Of a DNA stretch of 64,000 bases, positions 28,418 through 37,371 are shown in pieces (within the stretch, counting starts at the first letter, position 1; the number at the start of each line of letters is the position of its first letter). Made by a program: the position numbers and the translations under genes. The stretch comes from Polyangiaceae bacterium (GTDB taxonomy: Bacteria > Myxococcota_A > Polyangia > Polyangiales > Polyangiaceae), in assembly GCA_033763455.1 (NCBI GenBank), contig JANRKO010000062.1, positions 1 through 64,000 of the forward strand, in the 5' to 3' direction. Under the pieces are notes generated by a model. It was given only the letters and a program-made list of their open reading frames with translations. It was not told the DNA's origin and did not search any database.

Positions 28418-29542
28418 ATGACGACCGCCCGCGGCAAGAAGCCAGCCTCGGTGAAGAAAACAGCGACGGCTCGGAAACGATCGACCGCGCTGTTGAAGCC
28501 CGACGCGGCATTCGCCTCGGAGTTGGTGCGCGACCTCTCGGAAATGATCGAGGCGGCCCAGAAGCAGGTCGCCACCGTCGCGAACGTGGCACTCACCGCG
28601 CTCCACTGGCAGATCGGTGACCACGTTCGCAGGCACGTGCTCGAAGGCCGCCGCGCGGAGTACGGCGGGCAGATTGTCTCCACGGTGTCGAGACAATTGG
28701 CAGAGCGCTACGGGCGCGGCTTCAACGAGAAATCGCTGCGCCACATGGTCCAGTTCGCGACCGCCTTTCCGGACCGCGAGATTGTCTCCACGGCGTGGAG
28801 ACAATTGACTTGGAGCCACTTCAAGGTGCTGGCATACCTCAAGGACCCCCTCGCCCGCGACTTCTACTTAGAGATGTCCCGCGTCGAGCGGTGGTCCGTG
28901 CTGCAGCTCGGTGAACGCATCCAGAGTATGCTCTTCGAGCGCACGGCGCTTTCGAAGAAGCCCGAGAAGCTTATTGAGGCGGAGCTCGCGACGCTGCACG
29001 AGACCGGCGAGCTGACGCTCGATCTCGTGATGCGTGACCCGTACATGCTGCCCTTCCTCGGGCTCGCCGACACCTACAGCGAGAGCGATCTCGAAGCGGC
29101 CATCCTGCGCGAGATCGAACGCTTCCTCCTGGAGCTGGGCGTGGGCTTCACCTTCGTCGAGCGCCAGAAGCGCATGACGCTCGACGGCGACGATCACTAC
29201 CTCGATCTCTTGTTCTTCCACCGCCGGTTGCGCCGTCTTGTCGCCATCGAGCTGAAGATCGGCGATTTCAAGGCCCAGGACTTGGGCCAAATGGAGTTGT
29301 ATTTGCGCTGGCTCGACAAGCACGAACGCCAGGTTAACGAAGAACCGCCGCTGGGCATCATCCTCTGCGCGGGCAAGAAGCGAGAGACGGTTAAGATCCT
29401 AAACCTCGACGCGCGTGGCATTCACGTCGCAGAGTACCTGACCGAGTTGCCACCCCGGAAGCTCCTCGAAGAGCGCCTGCACAAGGCCATCGAAAACGCT
29501 CGCAACGGGATCGTCAAAGGTAAGCTGGGAGGCCAGAGGTGA
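28418..29542 (+). CDS. yhcG: YhcG/DUF1016 family PD-(D/E)XK nuclease, copy 1
   Basis: LHWQIG, YGRGF, LTWSHF, RDPYMLPFLG, FLLELGVGFTFVERQ, DLLFFHRRLRRLVAIELK. Confidence 0.92.
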   Translation: MTTARGKKPASVKKTATARKRSTALLKPDAAFASELVRDLSEMIEAAQKQVATVANVALTALHWQIGDHVRRHVLEGRRAEYGGQIVSTVSRQLAERYGRGFNEKSLRHMVQFATAFPDREIVSTAWRQLTWSHFKVLAYLKDPLARDFYLEMSRVERWSVLQLGERIQSMLFERTALSKKPEKLIEAELATLHETGELTLDLVMRDPYMLPFLGLADTYSESDLEAAILREIERFLLELGVGFTFVERQKRMTLDGDDHYLDLLFFHRRLRRLVAIELKIGDFKAQDLGQMELYLRWLDKHERQVNEEPPLGIILCAGKKRETVKILNLDARGIHVAEYLTELPPRKLLEERLHKAIENARNGIVKGKLGGQR

Positions 29543-30729
29543 CGCGGCCGACGATCTCACGAAAGAAGGTCGGGTCGAAGTCCAAGATCTCCCGTGGGGT
29601 GACTGCACCAATTCATCAACAGCCTGTTGGCGAATCGGCCGCGGGTTTGGTTACGCGCCCCAAAGGCTACGCCGGCTGGCTCGCGGAAGTGAAGGCGCGC
29701 GTCCAAGCGGCGCAGCAGCGCGCAGCGCTTGCCGTGAACAAGGAGTTGCTGAAGCTCTATTGGCAAGTGGGCCGAGATCTCAGTGACCGACGTCATGAAT
29801 GGGGCGCTGGCGTCATTGAGCGGGTGTCCGCGGACCTGCGCGCAGCCTTTCCGGAAATGCAGGGGTTTTCGCCGTCGAACCTTCGCTATATGCGCGCGTT
29901 TGCTGAGGCTTGGCCCGACGGCGCAATTCACCAACAACCTGTTGGTGAATTGCCTTGGGGTCACAACGTCGTGCTCCTGACGCGACTCAAGAACAGAACC
30001 GAACGACTTGCCTATGCGCAAGCCGCCCTGACACACGGCTGGTCCCGCAACGTCCTCGACCACCACATAGATCTTCGCACTGTCGAGCGCTCGGGAAAAT
30101 CCATCACGAACTTCGAACGGCAACTGCCCAAGCTGCAGTCGGATCTTGCGCGCGAGTCGCTGAAGGACCCCTACCGCTTCGACTTCCTGAGCCTTGGCGA
30201 CGAAGCGCACGAACGCGAGATCGAGACTGCGCTGGTGAAGCACGTCAAGCAGTTTCTGCTTGAGCTGGGAACGGGATTCGCGTTCGTCGGGCGCCAGCGG
30301 CTGCTCGACGTCGGCGGCGATGAGTTCTTTATCGACCTGCTCTTTTATCACCTCAAGCTACGCCGCTACGTGGTTATCGAGCTTAAGGCGACGAAGTTCA
30401 AACCAGAGCACCTGGGTCAACTGGGCTTCTACTGCACAGCGATCGACGCACAAGTAAAGGCCGACGATGACGCTCCGACCGTTGGCCTTCTCCTGTGTAA
30501 GACGAAGAATGAACTCGTTGCCGAGTACGCTGTGCGAAGTTCGACGAGCCCGATCGGAGTGTCGGAGTACCGGCTCGTAGAATCGCTGCCGAAGGACCTT
30601 GAAGCCAGCCTGCCGAGCATCGCGCGCATCGAGGAAGAGCTGAGCAGGTTGCCAACACCAAGGCCATCCCCGCGTGCCAAGAAGAATGCAACCAAGAAGC
30701 AGATCGACAAACGGAGAAGTCGCCGATGA
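29539..30729 (+). CDS. yhcG: YhcG/DUF1016 family PD-(D/E)XK nuclease, copy 2
   Basis: LYWQVG, GFSPSNLRYMRAFA, LPWGHN, KDPYRFDFL, FLLELGTGFAFVGRQ, DLLFYHLKLRRYVVIELK; GTGA overlap with copy 1. Confidence 0.92.
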   Translation: MTRPTISRKKVGSKSKISRGVTAPIHQQPVGESAAGLVTRPKGYAGWLAEVKARVQAAQQRAALAVNKELLKLYWQVGRDLSDRRHEWGAGVIERVSADLRAAFPEMQGFSPSNLRYMRAFAEAWPDGAIHQQPVGELPWGHNVVLLTRLKNRTERLAYAQAALTHGWSRNVLDHHIDLRTVERSGKSITNFERQLPKLQSDLARESLKDPYRFDFLSLGDEAHEREIETALVKHVKQFLLELGTGFAFVGRQRLLDVGGDEFFIDLLFYHLKLRRYVVIELKATKFKPEHLGQLGFYCTAIDAQVKADDDAPTVGLLLCKTKNELVAEYAVRSSTSPIGVSEYRLVESLPKDLEASLPSIARIEEELSRLPTPRPSPRAKKNATKKQIDKRRSRR

Positions 30730-30938
30730 ATGAACATCAGATTGCGTCCTCAGTTGGCGAGGCCTCGAACGTTGACGGTGGAGTCCTGAGCCACCAAAAC
30801 TCTCAACACCGTTGAGAGAAATTCACGCCACGGCCATCGCGAACTTAATGGGGGATACGTTGTCGAGTCGAGCAACCCGCGTCTGAACCTGGGCGGTCTC
30901 CGCTGGCGTTTTACGGCACACTGTGAAATCAGCAGCCA

Positions 30939-31009
30939 TGAACCAGGTGGCGCCCAGTTGGATGCTGAGCCACACCGTGCCGGATCGAAATAGTGAGGCT
31001 GAACGCGGC
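30939..31009 (+). repeat. Right copy of the 71-bp SDR-derived direct repeat (gene fragment)
   Basis: Encodes NQVAPSWMLSHTVPDRNSEAERG versus NQVAPGWVVSHDVPDGNSEAERG in the SDR. Confidence 0.9.
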
Positions 31010-31091
31010 ACAAACCAATACCTGCGATTCCTGCTGTTTCCCTGTTGGCCCGAGAAATATCATCTTGTGAAATCAGAAGTTCCGCTGCCGA

Positions 31092-31710
31092 ATGCGTGTG
31101 TGGTCAATCCCAACAGTTGTTTTCGAGGAATTGCTCGTCAACGCGCTCGTACACCGTGACTACCTGATCAGCGCGCCGATCCGACTCTTTATGTTTGACG
31201 ACCGCATCGAGATCATCAGTCCGGGCACGCTTCCAAACAATCTCACCGTTGAGAACATCTGTGCGGGCAACTCGAACTTGCGCAACCCGATCCTTGCGAG
31301 CTTCGTTGCGAAGGGCGTGCTGCCGTACCGTGGCCTCGGATCGGGCGTCCCGCGCGCGCTCGAATCCTGGCATGACATTGATTTCCGCGACGACCGCAAC
31401 GGAGGCCTCTTTGTGGCCACCGTTCGGCGGTCACCTGGTAATTTACGGGGTAGAGGGCAAGTCACTGTGGGCGCTACCGCGCAAGCTACCGCGCAAGTCC
31501 GAGAGTTGATCGAACAGCTCGAAGGCGAACTTACGACAGCAGGCCGTGGGCCTCACCCACCGGGAGCACTTCCGCAAGGCCTACCTTCTTCCCGCGCTGG
31601 AGTCCGGCCTGATTGAGATGACCCACCCTGAAACGCCGAACAACCAGAACCAGCGATACCGCCTTACGCCGGCCGGCAAGGCCCTGCGCTCGAAGCGCAG
31701 AAAGTTGTGA
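31092..31710 (+). pseudogene. 5'-truncated, frameshifted HATPase_c_4 / winged-helix gene of the same family as 23551-24975
   Basis: EELLVNALVHRDY, RIEIISPGTLP, RNPILAS, GSGVPR; the tail HREHFRKAYLLPALESGLIEMTHPETPNNQNQRYRLTPAG is in another frame, ending TGA 31710. Confidence 0.8.
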
Positions 31711-31840
31711 CCCGCTTGAATGCGCTCACCACGCTCCCCTGGCAGTTCGACCACAACCTCCCCACGACGGGGTCGAGCGCTGCGGGGAGTACGACGGGCA
31801 GATTGTCTCCACGGCGCGGAGACAATTGGCGGAGCGCTAG
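31707..31840 (+). pseudogene. Decayed yhcG 5' remnant
   Basis: NALTTLPWQ resembles VALTALHWQ of yhcG copy 1; DNA gagtacgacgggcagattgtctccacggcgcggagacaattggcggagcgcta resembles 28658-28710. Confidence 0.75.
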
Positions 31841-31925
31841 CATCAGCACTCGAGGCTTGAGCCGCAGCTTGGCACCAGCCCCCCCTTTATTGACCCCGTT
31901 TAGCGCACTGATGTCACTCTGAGCC

Positions 31926-32981
31926 ATGCATTGCCAATGTCTCGAATCGCGGGTTTTCAGGTGGAGTTGCGCGGGCTTGCTTGGCGTAACCTCTGTGGCG
32001 CTCGGTTGCGGCTCAGATGGTACTGTCCGCCCAGTACGAGGGTCGTACGCTGAAACAGGTGGTGCAGGGGTCACGGTTGGCAACTCGACTGGAGGCGGTG
32101 GGGGGTCCGGTGGTAGCGCTCCGGGGAAGGTGGGTACCGGAGGCACGGCAGGCAGCGGAGGCTCAAATTCAGGTGGAACAGGCGGCAAGTTAACGTCGAT
32201 GGGCGGCTCAGGCGGGGTTCCTTCGGTTCCGACCGGTGGCGCAAGTAGCACTACCGGTGGAGTGGGCAATTCGACGGGGGGAGCTCAGGCCGCCTCGGGT
32301 TGCGCGAATTCAAGCTATCTTCTCTGTGAAGACTTCGAGGGCACAGCGGTGGGGGCAATTCCCGCCGGCTGGACAAAACAAGGTGCGACCGGCGTGGTAG
32401 AAGACAACGCGCGGAATGGCACCCGTTCGCTCAAAGTAGAGCCAGCAACGAACGGACCACGAAGGATTTTGCACCCCGCAGAGACCTTTGGAAGCAAGCA
32501 CTGGGGTAGGATTTTTTATAAGCTACAGCTGCCGGTGCCCGATGCTTTTGTGCACTCGACGTTGGTGGCACTTTCTGGAAACGGCCCCAACATTGGGGCA
32601 GCAGAATATCGCGTTGTGGATACCGTGAAGCAGGCCGTGGATACGCAAGATGTGGGCTCGCGCTATCAATTTTTGTTTAATGTGCAGCCGCAAAATAGTG
32701 CAGAGTTCGGCACCGGCACGAATTATGATCGGCCGTTTGACGGCGAATGGCACTGCGCGGAGTGGAACATCGACGCCGCCGATCAATCTTACCGGATGTA
32801 CTGGGACGGCACCGAGATGCTCAACTTCACTCGCGGAGCCGGCAATTACGCTGGCTCGGAAATCCCCAATGAGTTTGGCGAGATCAGAGTTGGGCTGAAC
32901 AATTACCAAGCGGCTCCGCCCGGATTCACCGTTTGGATCGACGATATTGCGATTTCGGCGGCTCGGGTGGGGTGCCAGTAG
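31926..32981 (+). CDS. Secreted lipoprotein with a Cip1/polysaccharide-lyase-like beta-sandwich domain
   Basis: ALGC lipobox, Gly-rich linker, LCEDFE, ARNGTRSLKV, WHCAEW, WIDDIAIS...RVGC. Confidence 0.6.
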   Translation: MHCQCLESRVFRWSCAGLLGVTSVALGCGSDGTVRPVRGSYAETGGAGVTVGNSTGGGGGSGGSAPGKVGTGGTAGSGGSNSGGTGGKLTSMGGSGGVPSVPTGGASSTTGGVGNSTGGAQAASGCANSSYLLCEDFEGTAVGAIPAGWTKQGATGVVEDNARNGTRSLKVEPATNGPRRILHPAETFGSKHWGRIFYKLQLPVPDAFVHSTLVALSGNGPNIGAAEYRVVDTVKQAVDTQDVGSRYQFLFNVQPQNSAEFGTGTNYDRPFDGEWHCAEWNIDAADQSYRMYWDGTEMLNFTRGAGNYAGSEIPNEFGEIRVGLNNYQAAPPGFTVWIDDIAISAARVGCQ

Positions 32982-32987
32982 ACCTTG

Positions 32988-33028
32988 ATCCTTGCAAATC
33001 TAACACGTTGTGTTTAATTTGCAAGGAT
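32988..33028. promoter_or_regulatory. AT-rich inverted repeat overlapping the ATPase start codon (candidate operator or hairpin)
   Basis: ATCCTTGCAAAT (32988-32999) / ATTTGCAAGGAT (33017-33028) with inner AACAC/GTGTT arms. Confidence 0.6.
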
Positions 33029-34199
33029 GATACCTCGTGCCGTTCTGGCCGCCGTGACGAGGGCGCTGGACCGCCAGGCCGCCGTCTGTCTCGTCGGGCC
33101 CCGCCAAGTGGGCAAGACGACGCTCGCCCGTGAGATCGGAGAAAGAGCGTCTGGGATCTACCTGGACCTCGAGTCCGAAGCGGATCGGGCCAAGCTCACG
33201 GAGCCCGCGCAGTTTCTCCGCAGGTTCGAGGACCGCTTGGTTATCTTGGATGAGATCCACCGTGTGCCGGAAATATTTAGCACACTTCGTGGTCTCATTG
33301 ACGACGGAAGGCGCAGGGGGAAACGCCATGGCAGATTCTTGCTGCTTGGCTCGGCCTCCATCGAATTGCTTCAACAATCTAGCGAGACCTTGGCGGGGCG
33401 AATCGCGTTTGTGGAGATGGGGCCACTCAACATCCGAGAGATCGATCCTTCGGAAGAAGCTCTTGAGCGGCTGTGGTTGAGGGGAGGATTTCCCGACAGC
33501 TTCTTGGCGCGTTCGGATGAGGAAAGCCTACTCATTCGAATGGACTTCATAAGGACGTATCTCGAACGCGACGTGCCCCAGTTTGGCCCTCGTGTGCCAA
33601 CAGAAACTCTACGGCGACTTTGGTCGATGTTGGCCCACAACCAGGGCGCACCGCTCAACGCGTCGCGGCTTGCGATGGGGCTCTCGGTGAGCGCACCGAC
33701 TGTGACTCGGTACATAGATCTGTTGTGCGATTTGCTGTTGGTGCGACGCCTTGCGCCATTGCACGCCAATCTTGGAAAACGGCTTGTAAAGACACCTAAG
33801 GTGTACGTGCGGGATAGCGGGCTAGTGCACGCCTTGCTCAGTATTGAAGATCCAGAAGAGCTTGCGGGCCATCCCGTAGTGGGCGCTAGCTGGGAAGGCT
33901 TCGTGATCGAGAACCTGCTGCTTTTCGCTCCGCCGCAATCCGTTGCTAGCTATTATCGCACCTCAGCCGGCGCGGAGATCGATCTCGTGTTGGATGTTCC
34001 CAAGCGTGGCCGCTGGGCAATTGAGGTAAAAAGCGGGCTTTCTCCGCGACCTACGAAGGGCTTCTACTTGGCATGCGACGATATTGAGCCGAAGAAGCAA
34101 TGGGTTGTGTATATGGGCAACGATCGTTACCCGTTGAGTGCTGGCGTAGAAGCTATCAGCCTCGCGGAGCTCGCTTCGGAGCTGGATGGATCGAAGTGA
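33027..34199 (+). CDS. AAA_14 ATPase with DUF4143 domain
   Basis: GPRQVGKTT, ILDEIH, FLLLGSAS, ETLAGR, RGGFP, KRLVKTPKVYVRDSG, EIDLVL...AIEVK. Confidence 0.92.
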   Translation: MIPRAVLAAVTRALDRQAAVCLVGPRQVGKTTLAREIGERASGIYLDLESEADRAKLTEPAQFLRRFEDRLVILDEIHRVPEIFSTLRGLIDDGRRRGKRHGRFLLLGSASIELLQQSSETLAGRIAFVEMGPLNIREIDPSEEALERLWLRGGFPDSFLARSDEESLLIRMDFIRTYLERDVPQFGPRVPTETLRRLWSMLAHNQGAPLNASRLAMGLSVSAPTVTRYIDLLCDLLLVRRLAPLHANLGKRLVKTPKVYVRDSGLVHALLSIEDPEELAGHPVVGASWEGFVIENLLLFAPPQSVASYYRTSAGAEIDLVLDVPKRGRWAIEVKSGLSPRPTKGFYLACDDIEPKKQWVVYMGNDRYPLSAGVEAISLAELASELDGSK

Positions 34200-34249
34200 C
34201 CGAACCATGACGGCACTCATGCCAACAAGGTGCAATTCTAGTCTTCAGA

Positions 34250-35326
34250 TTGTCCCTCCAAGCTACCTCCACTTACGCCGGTGAAATCAAGCCTCTTTTG
34301 GGAGTGGGTGTCTTTGCGCCTGCGCGCTCTAGATTGTGGTGGTTGCCCCTACATGGTGGGGTCATCGCTCTTTCGATTACAGCTATCGCGATGGGTTGGT
34401 TGCCTTGGTTTTTGTGGCCTCTCGCTTCGTTGCTTCTTGGCTTGAGTTTTGCGGGCCTTACGTTTTTGGCTCATGAGGCGCTGCACGGGGCTGTTGTTCG
34501 TTCGCGCACGTTGCGAACGTTGGTGGGTTGGATTGGATTTTCGCTATTTTGCGTGTCACCCACGCTGTGGGTGGCCTGGCACAACCGGGTGCATCACGGC
34601 AACACGAATAGGCCTCGTGTGGATCCTGATGCATACCCCACGCGCGCTGAATACGATGAGAGCCCGACGTTGCAGTGGATGACGAACGTGATGGCTCCCG
34701 GTCGGCAACGGCCGCTTGGTGTAATAAGCTTGTTGATTGGGTTCACCGTGCAGAGCTTGCACATGCTGGTAGCGGCTCGAAGGCTGGGTTATCTTTCCGC
34801 GTCTCAGCACCGGCGGGCAATCTTTGAAACGAGCCTCGCGGCGTTGCTTTGGGCTGGCCTCGGGTTTCTCATCGGGCCGTTGCCATTTCTGTTCTGTTTC
34901 TTGTTCCCGTTAATGGTCGCCAATTGCATCGTGATGGCGTTCATTCTCACCAACCACAGCCTGAGCCCACTCACGGACGTGAATGACCCTCTCGCCAATT
35001 CCTTGAGCGTTACCTTGCCCGGCTGGTTGGAATGGCTCAGCCTGGGGTTCGGCTACCACGTGGAGCACCACATTTTTCCCGCCATGAGCTCCCGGCACGG
35101 CCAGGCCGTGCGAGCCGTGCTGCGTTCCCGGTGGCCTGGCAGCTACCAATCGCTTCCACTTCTAAAGGCGCTTGGCGCTTTGCATCGATCGCCGCGCGTC
35201 TACAAGACTTACACACTCCTTACGGATCCCCTAGGCAGCTCAGAATGGCCCACGTTGGCCCCACGGCATGTGTCGGAGCCTGTCGGCATCCGCGACGCTC
35301 GCCGACCCTGTGTTGGTGCCGGCTGA
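34250..35326 (+). CDS. Membrane fatty acid desaturase family protein
   Basis: His boxes HEALH, HNRVHH and HVEHH; hydrophobic segments. Confidence 0.88.
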   Translation: MSLQATSTYAGEIKPLLGVGVFAPARSRLWWLPLHGGVIALSITAIAMGWLPWFLWPLASLLLGLSFAGLTFLAHEALHGAVVRSRTLRTLVGWIGFSLFCVSPTLWVAWHNRVHHGNTNRPRVDPDAYPTRAEYDESPTLQWMTNVMAPGRQRPLGVISLLIGFTVQSLHMLVAARRLGYLSASQHRRAIFETSLAALLWAGLGFLIGPLPFLFCFLFPLMVANCIVMAFILTNHSLSPLTDVNDPLANSLSVTLPGWLEWLSLGFGYHVEHHIFPAMSSRHGQAVRAVLRSRWPGSYQSLPLLKALGALHRSPRVYKTYTLLTDPLGSSEWPTLAPRHVSEPVGIRDARRPCVGAG

Positions 35327-35430
35327 ATGACCACCCGCGCGAACCGGTCTAGTGTGCTGCTTGCTTTCCTACCCAATCTTCACCTCGGCGTCGCCATATC
35401 GTCACGCTTGCAGCGGTAACCCCTGAGGCC

Positions 35431-37371
35431 ATGGGAGACCTAGTTGGTGACGTAGTTGCGGGTAAGCTGGTTTGGGTTCCGGCGACTCAATTTGAGCAGA
35501 TTCTGAGGCTTGAGGTTCAACCCGAACGGCGCGCGCAGCTGTTCGCGGATGCTTGCCGCCTGAACGTACTATACATGATAGCCAGAGCCGGCTCTGGGCA
35601 CCTCGGCAGCTCTTTCTCAAGTCTCGACATTGTTACTTGGCTCCACCTGAACCAATTGCAACACGTCAGTGCGGGCGTTCCGGCGCCGAACTCTGACGTC
35701 TACTTTTCCTCGAAAGGGCACGATGCACCCGGGCTGTATGCGGTGCGGCTTGCGATGGGTTTGCTGCCCTTCGAATTGCTCCATCAGCTGAGAGTCCTCA
35801 ACGGTTTGCCTGGTCATCCGGACGTCGGAACACCGGGGATCGTGGCGAACACCGGATCGCTCGGGATGGGGATCTCAAAGGCCAAGGGCATGGCCTGGGC
35901 GCGCCGTCACCAGGGGCGATCCGGTAGGATCTACGTGATGACAGGGGACGGGGAACTTCAAGAGGGGCAGATCTGGGAATCTCTAGTATCTGCCGCCAAC
36001 CATAAGCTTTCCGAGATCACCGTTATCGTTGACCACAACAAGCTTCAAAGCGACACCTTCGTGGGTAACACGAGCGATTTGGGTGATCTCGTTAAGAAGT
36101 TCGAAGCGTTCGGCTGGGCCGTATTTTCAGTGGATGGGCACGATTATTGGTCGCTCGCCGAGATGCTGGAGGCGGCGCGCAGCGTCACGGATAGGCCGCA
36201 GGTGATCATCGCGCACACCGTGAAAGGGCGCGGGGTCTCCTTCATGGAGCATACGAGTTTGGACTCAGATGTCTCATTTTATCGCTTTCATTCAGGGGCA
36301 CCCGACTCCGAAAACTACCAACGTGCTGCCGAGGAGCTCATCGCAAACCTCCATCGCCAATGCGACGCCATGGGCGTGCCTCGGCTCCAGTTTGAATCTG
36401 CACAGAGTGTGGTGGTCCCCGCGAGTGGTCAGAAGGAGCGCCTCATTGGGGCCTACTCGCGCGCACTCCTTTCGCAGATGGACAAGGTCCCCCATCTAGT
36501 GGTGATGGATGCGGATCTACTGGTGGATACGGGGCAATTGCCAGCGCGTGACGCCCATCCGGACCGCTTCATAGAGTGTGGCATCGCCGAGATGGACATG
36601 GTGAGCCAGGCCGGAAGCCTGGCGCGCGAGGGATTTCTCCCCATTTGCCATTCCTTTGCCTGTTTTCTCTCTACGCGTGCCAATGAGCAGATCTACAACA
36701 ACGCGACTGAACATTCGCGAGTGATCTACACCGCCTCGCTTGCAGGCCTCTTGCCCGCAGGCCCCGGTCACTCCCATCAGTCGGTGCGTGATATCTCTGC
36801 GGTGGGAGCGATCCCCGGGCTCATCTTGCTGGAGCCGTCCACAGAAGCTGAGGTGCCCCGGGCGTTGGAGTGGGCCATTGCGCAAGCGCCATCAAGCGTC
36901 TGGCTGCGCCTCGTGAGTATACCTTGTGAAATTCCGTTTCAGTTGCCGGAGGCCCCGCTCGAAATGGGTAAGGGCACTGAGCTTCGGCAAGGTGAGGACG
37001 CGCTGTTCATCGCCTATGGTCCGGTGCTTCTCGCCGAAGCTTGGCACGCCTCGGAGGCACTAGAAGCCCAGCACGGCCTCAAGGTGGGAGTGGTTGCGCT
37101 GCCGTGGTTAAACCGGCTTGATGAAGCTTGGCTCGCCCGTGTCGTGGCTTCTCGCCGCCACATTTTCACGTTGGACAATCACTACGTTGCGGGTGGCCAG
37201 GGGCAGCTCATAGGAGCCACCGTGGCCAGCTTGGGCTTGAGCTCGGTTCGGGTACACAACATCGGGGTGGAATCGGTGCCCGCGTGCGGTCGAAACCAAG
37301 AAGTGCTGCAGCACCATGGCCTGGATGCGGCCTCCCTCGTGCCACGGGTTCGGAGCGTTTTAGAGCGGTGA
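35431..37371 (+). CDS. Transketolase-like ThDP enzyme (fused N and C domains)
   Basis: AGSGHLGSSFS, SKGH, GHP, TGSLGMG, GDGELQEG...N, ECGIAEMDMV, GHSHQ. Confidence 0.88.
   Translation: MGDLVGDVVAGKLVWVPATQFEQILRLEVQPERRAQLFADACRLNVLYMIARAGSGHLGSSFSSLDIVTWLHLNQLQHVSAGVPAPNSDVYFSSKGHDAPGLYAVRLAMGLLPFELLHQLRVLNGLPGHPDVGTPGIVANTGSLGMGISKAKGMAWARRHQGRSGRIYVMTGDGELQEGQIWESLVSAANHKLSEITVIVDHNKLQSDTFVGNTSDLGDLVKKFEAFGWAVFSVDGHDYWSLAEMLEAARSVTDRPQVIIAHTVKGRGVSFMEHTSLDSDVSFYRFHSGAPDSENYQRAAEELIANLHRQCDAMGVPRLQFESAQSVVVPASGQKERLIGAYSRALLSQMDKVPHLVVMDADLLVDTGQLPARDAHPDRFIECGIAEMDMVSQAGSLAREGFLPICHSFACFLSTRANEQIYNNATEHSRVIYTASLAGLLPAGPGHSHQSVRDISAVGAIPGLILLEPSTEAEVPRALEWAIAQAPSSVWLRLVSIPCEIPFQLPEAPLEMGKGTELRQGEDALFIAYGPVLLAEAWHASEALEAQHGLKVGVVALPWLNRLDEAWLARVVASRRHIFTLDNHYVAGGQGQLIGATVASLGLSSVRVHNIGVESVPACGRNQEVLQHHGLDAASLVPRVRSVLER

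Larger units (their letters stand above)
28673..31826. repeat. Family of six 25-bp palindromes (3+8+3+8+3 geometry) in and around the yhcG genes
   Basis: At 28673-28697, 28781-28805, 29611-29635, 29926-29950, 30797-30821 and 31802-31826; sequences given in findings. Confidence 0.85.
15230..31860. other. Defence island (type I R-M, CARF regulator, AlbA_2, YhcG nucleases, remnants); ends approximate; no integrase seen
   Basis: Contiguous block of defence-type genes and pseudogenes between host-type genes, largely bracketed by the duplicated SDR segment. Confidence 0.75.

Noticed and set aside
15230..31860. Autonomous prophage, ICE or transposon
   Set aside because: No integrase, transposase, relaxase or phage structural gene is recognisable.
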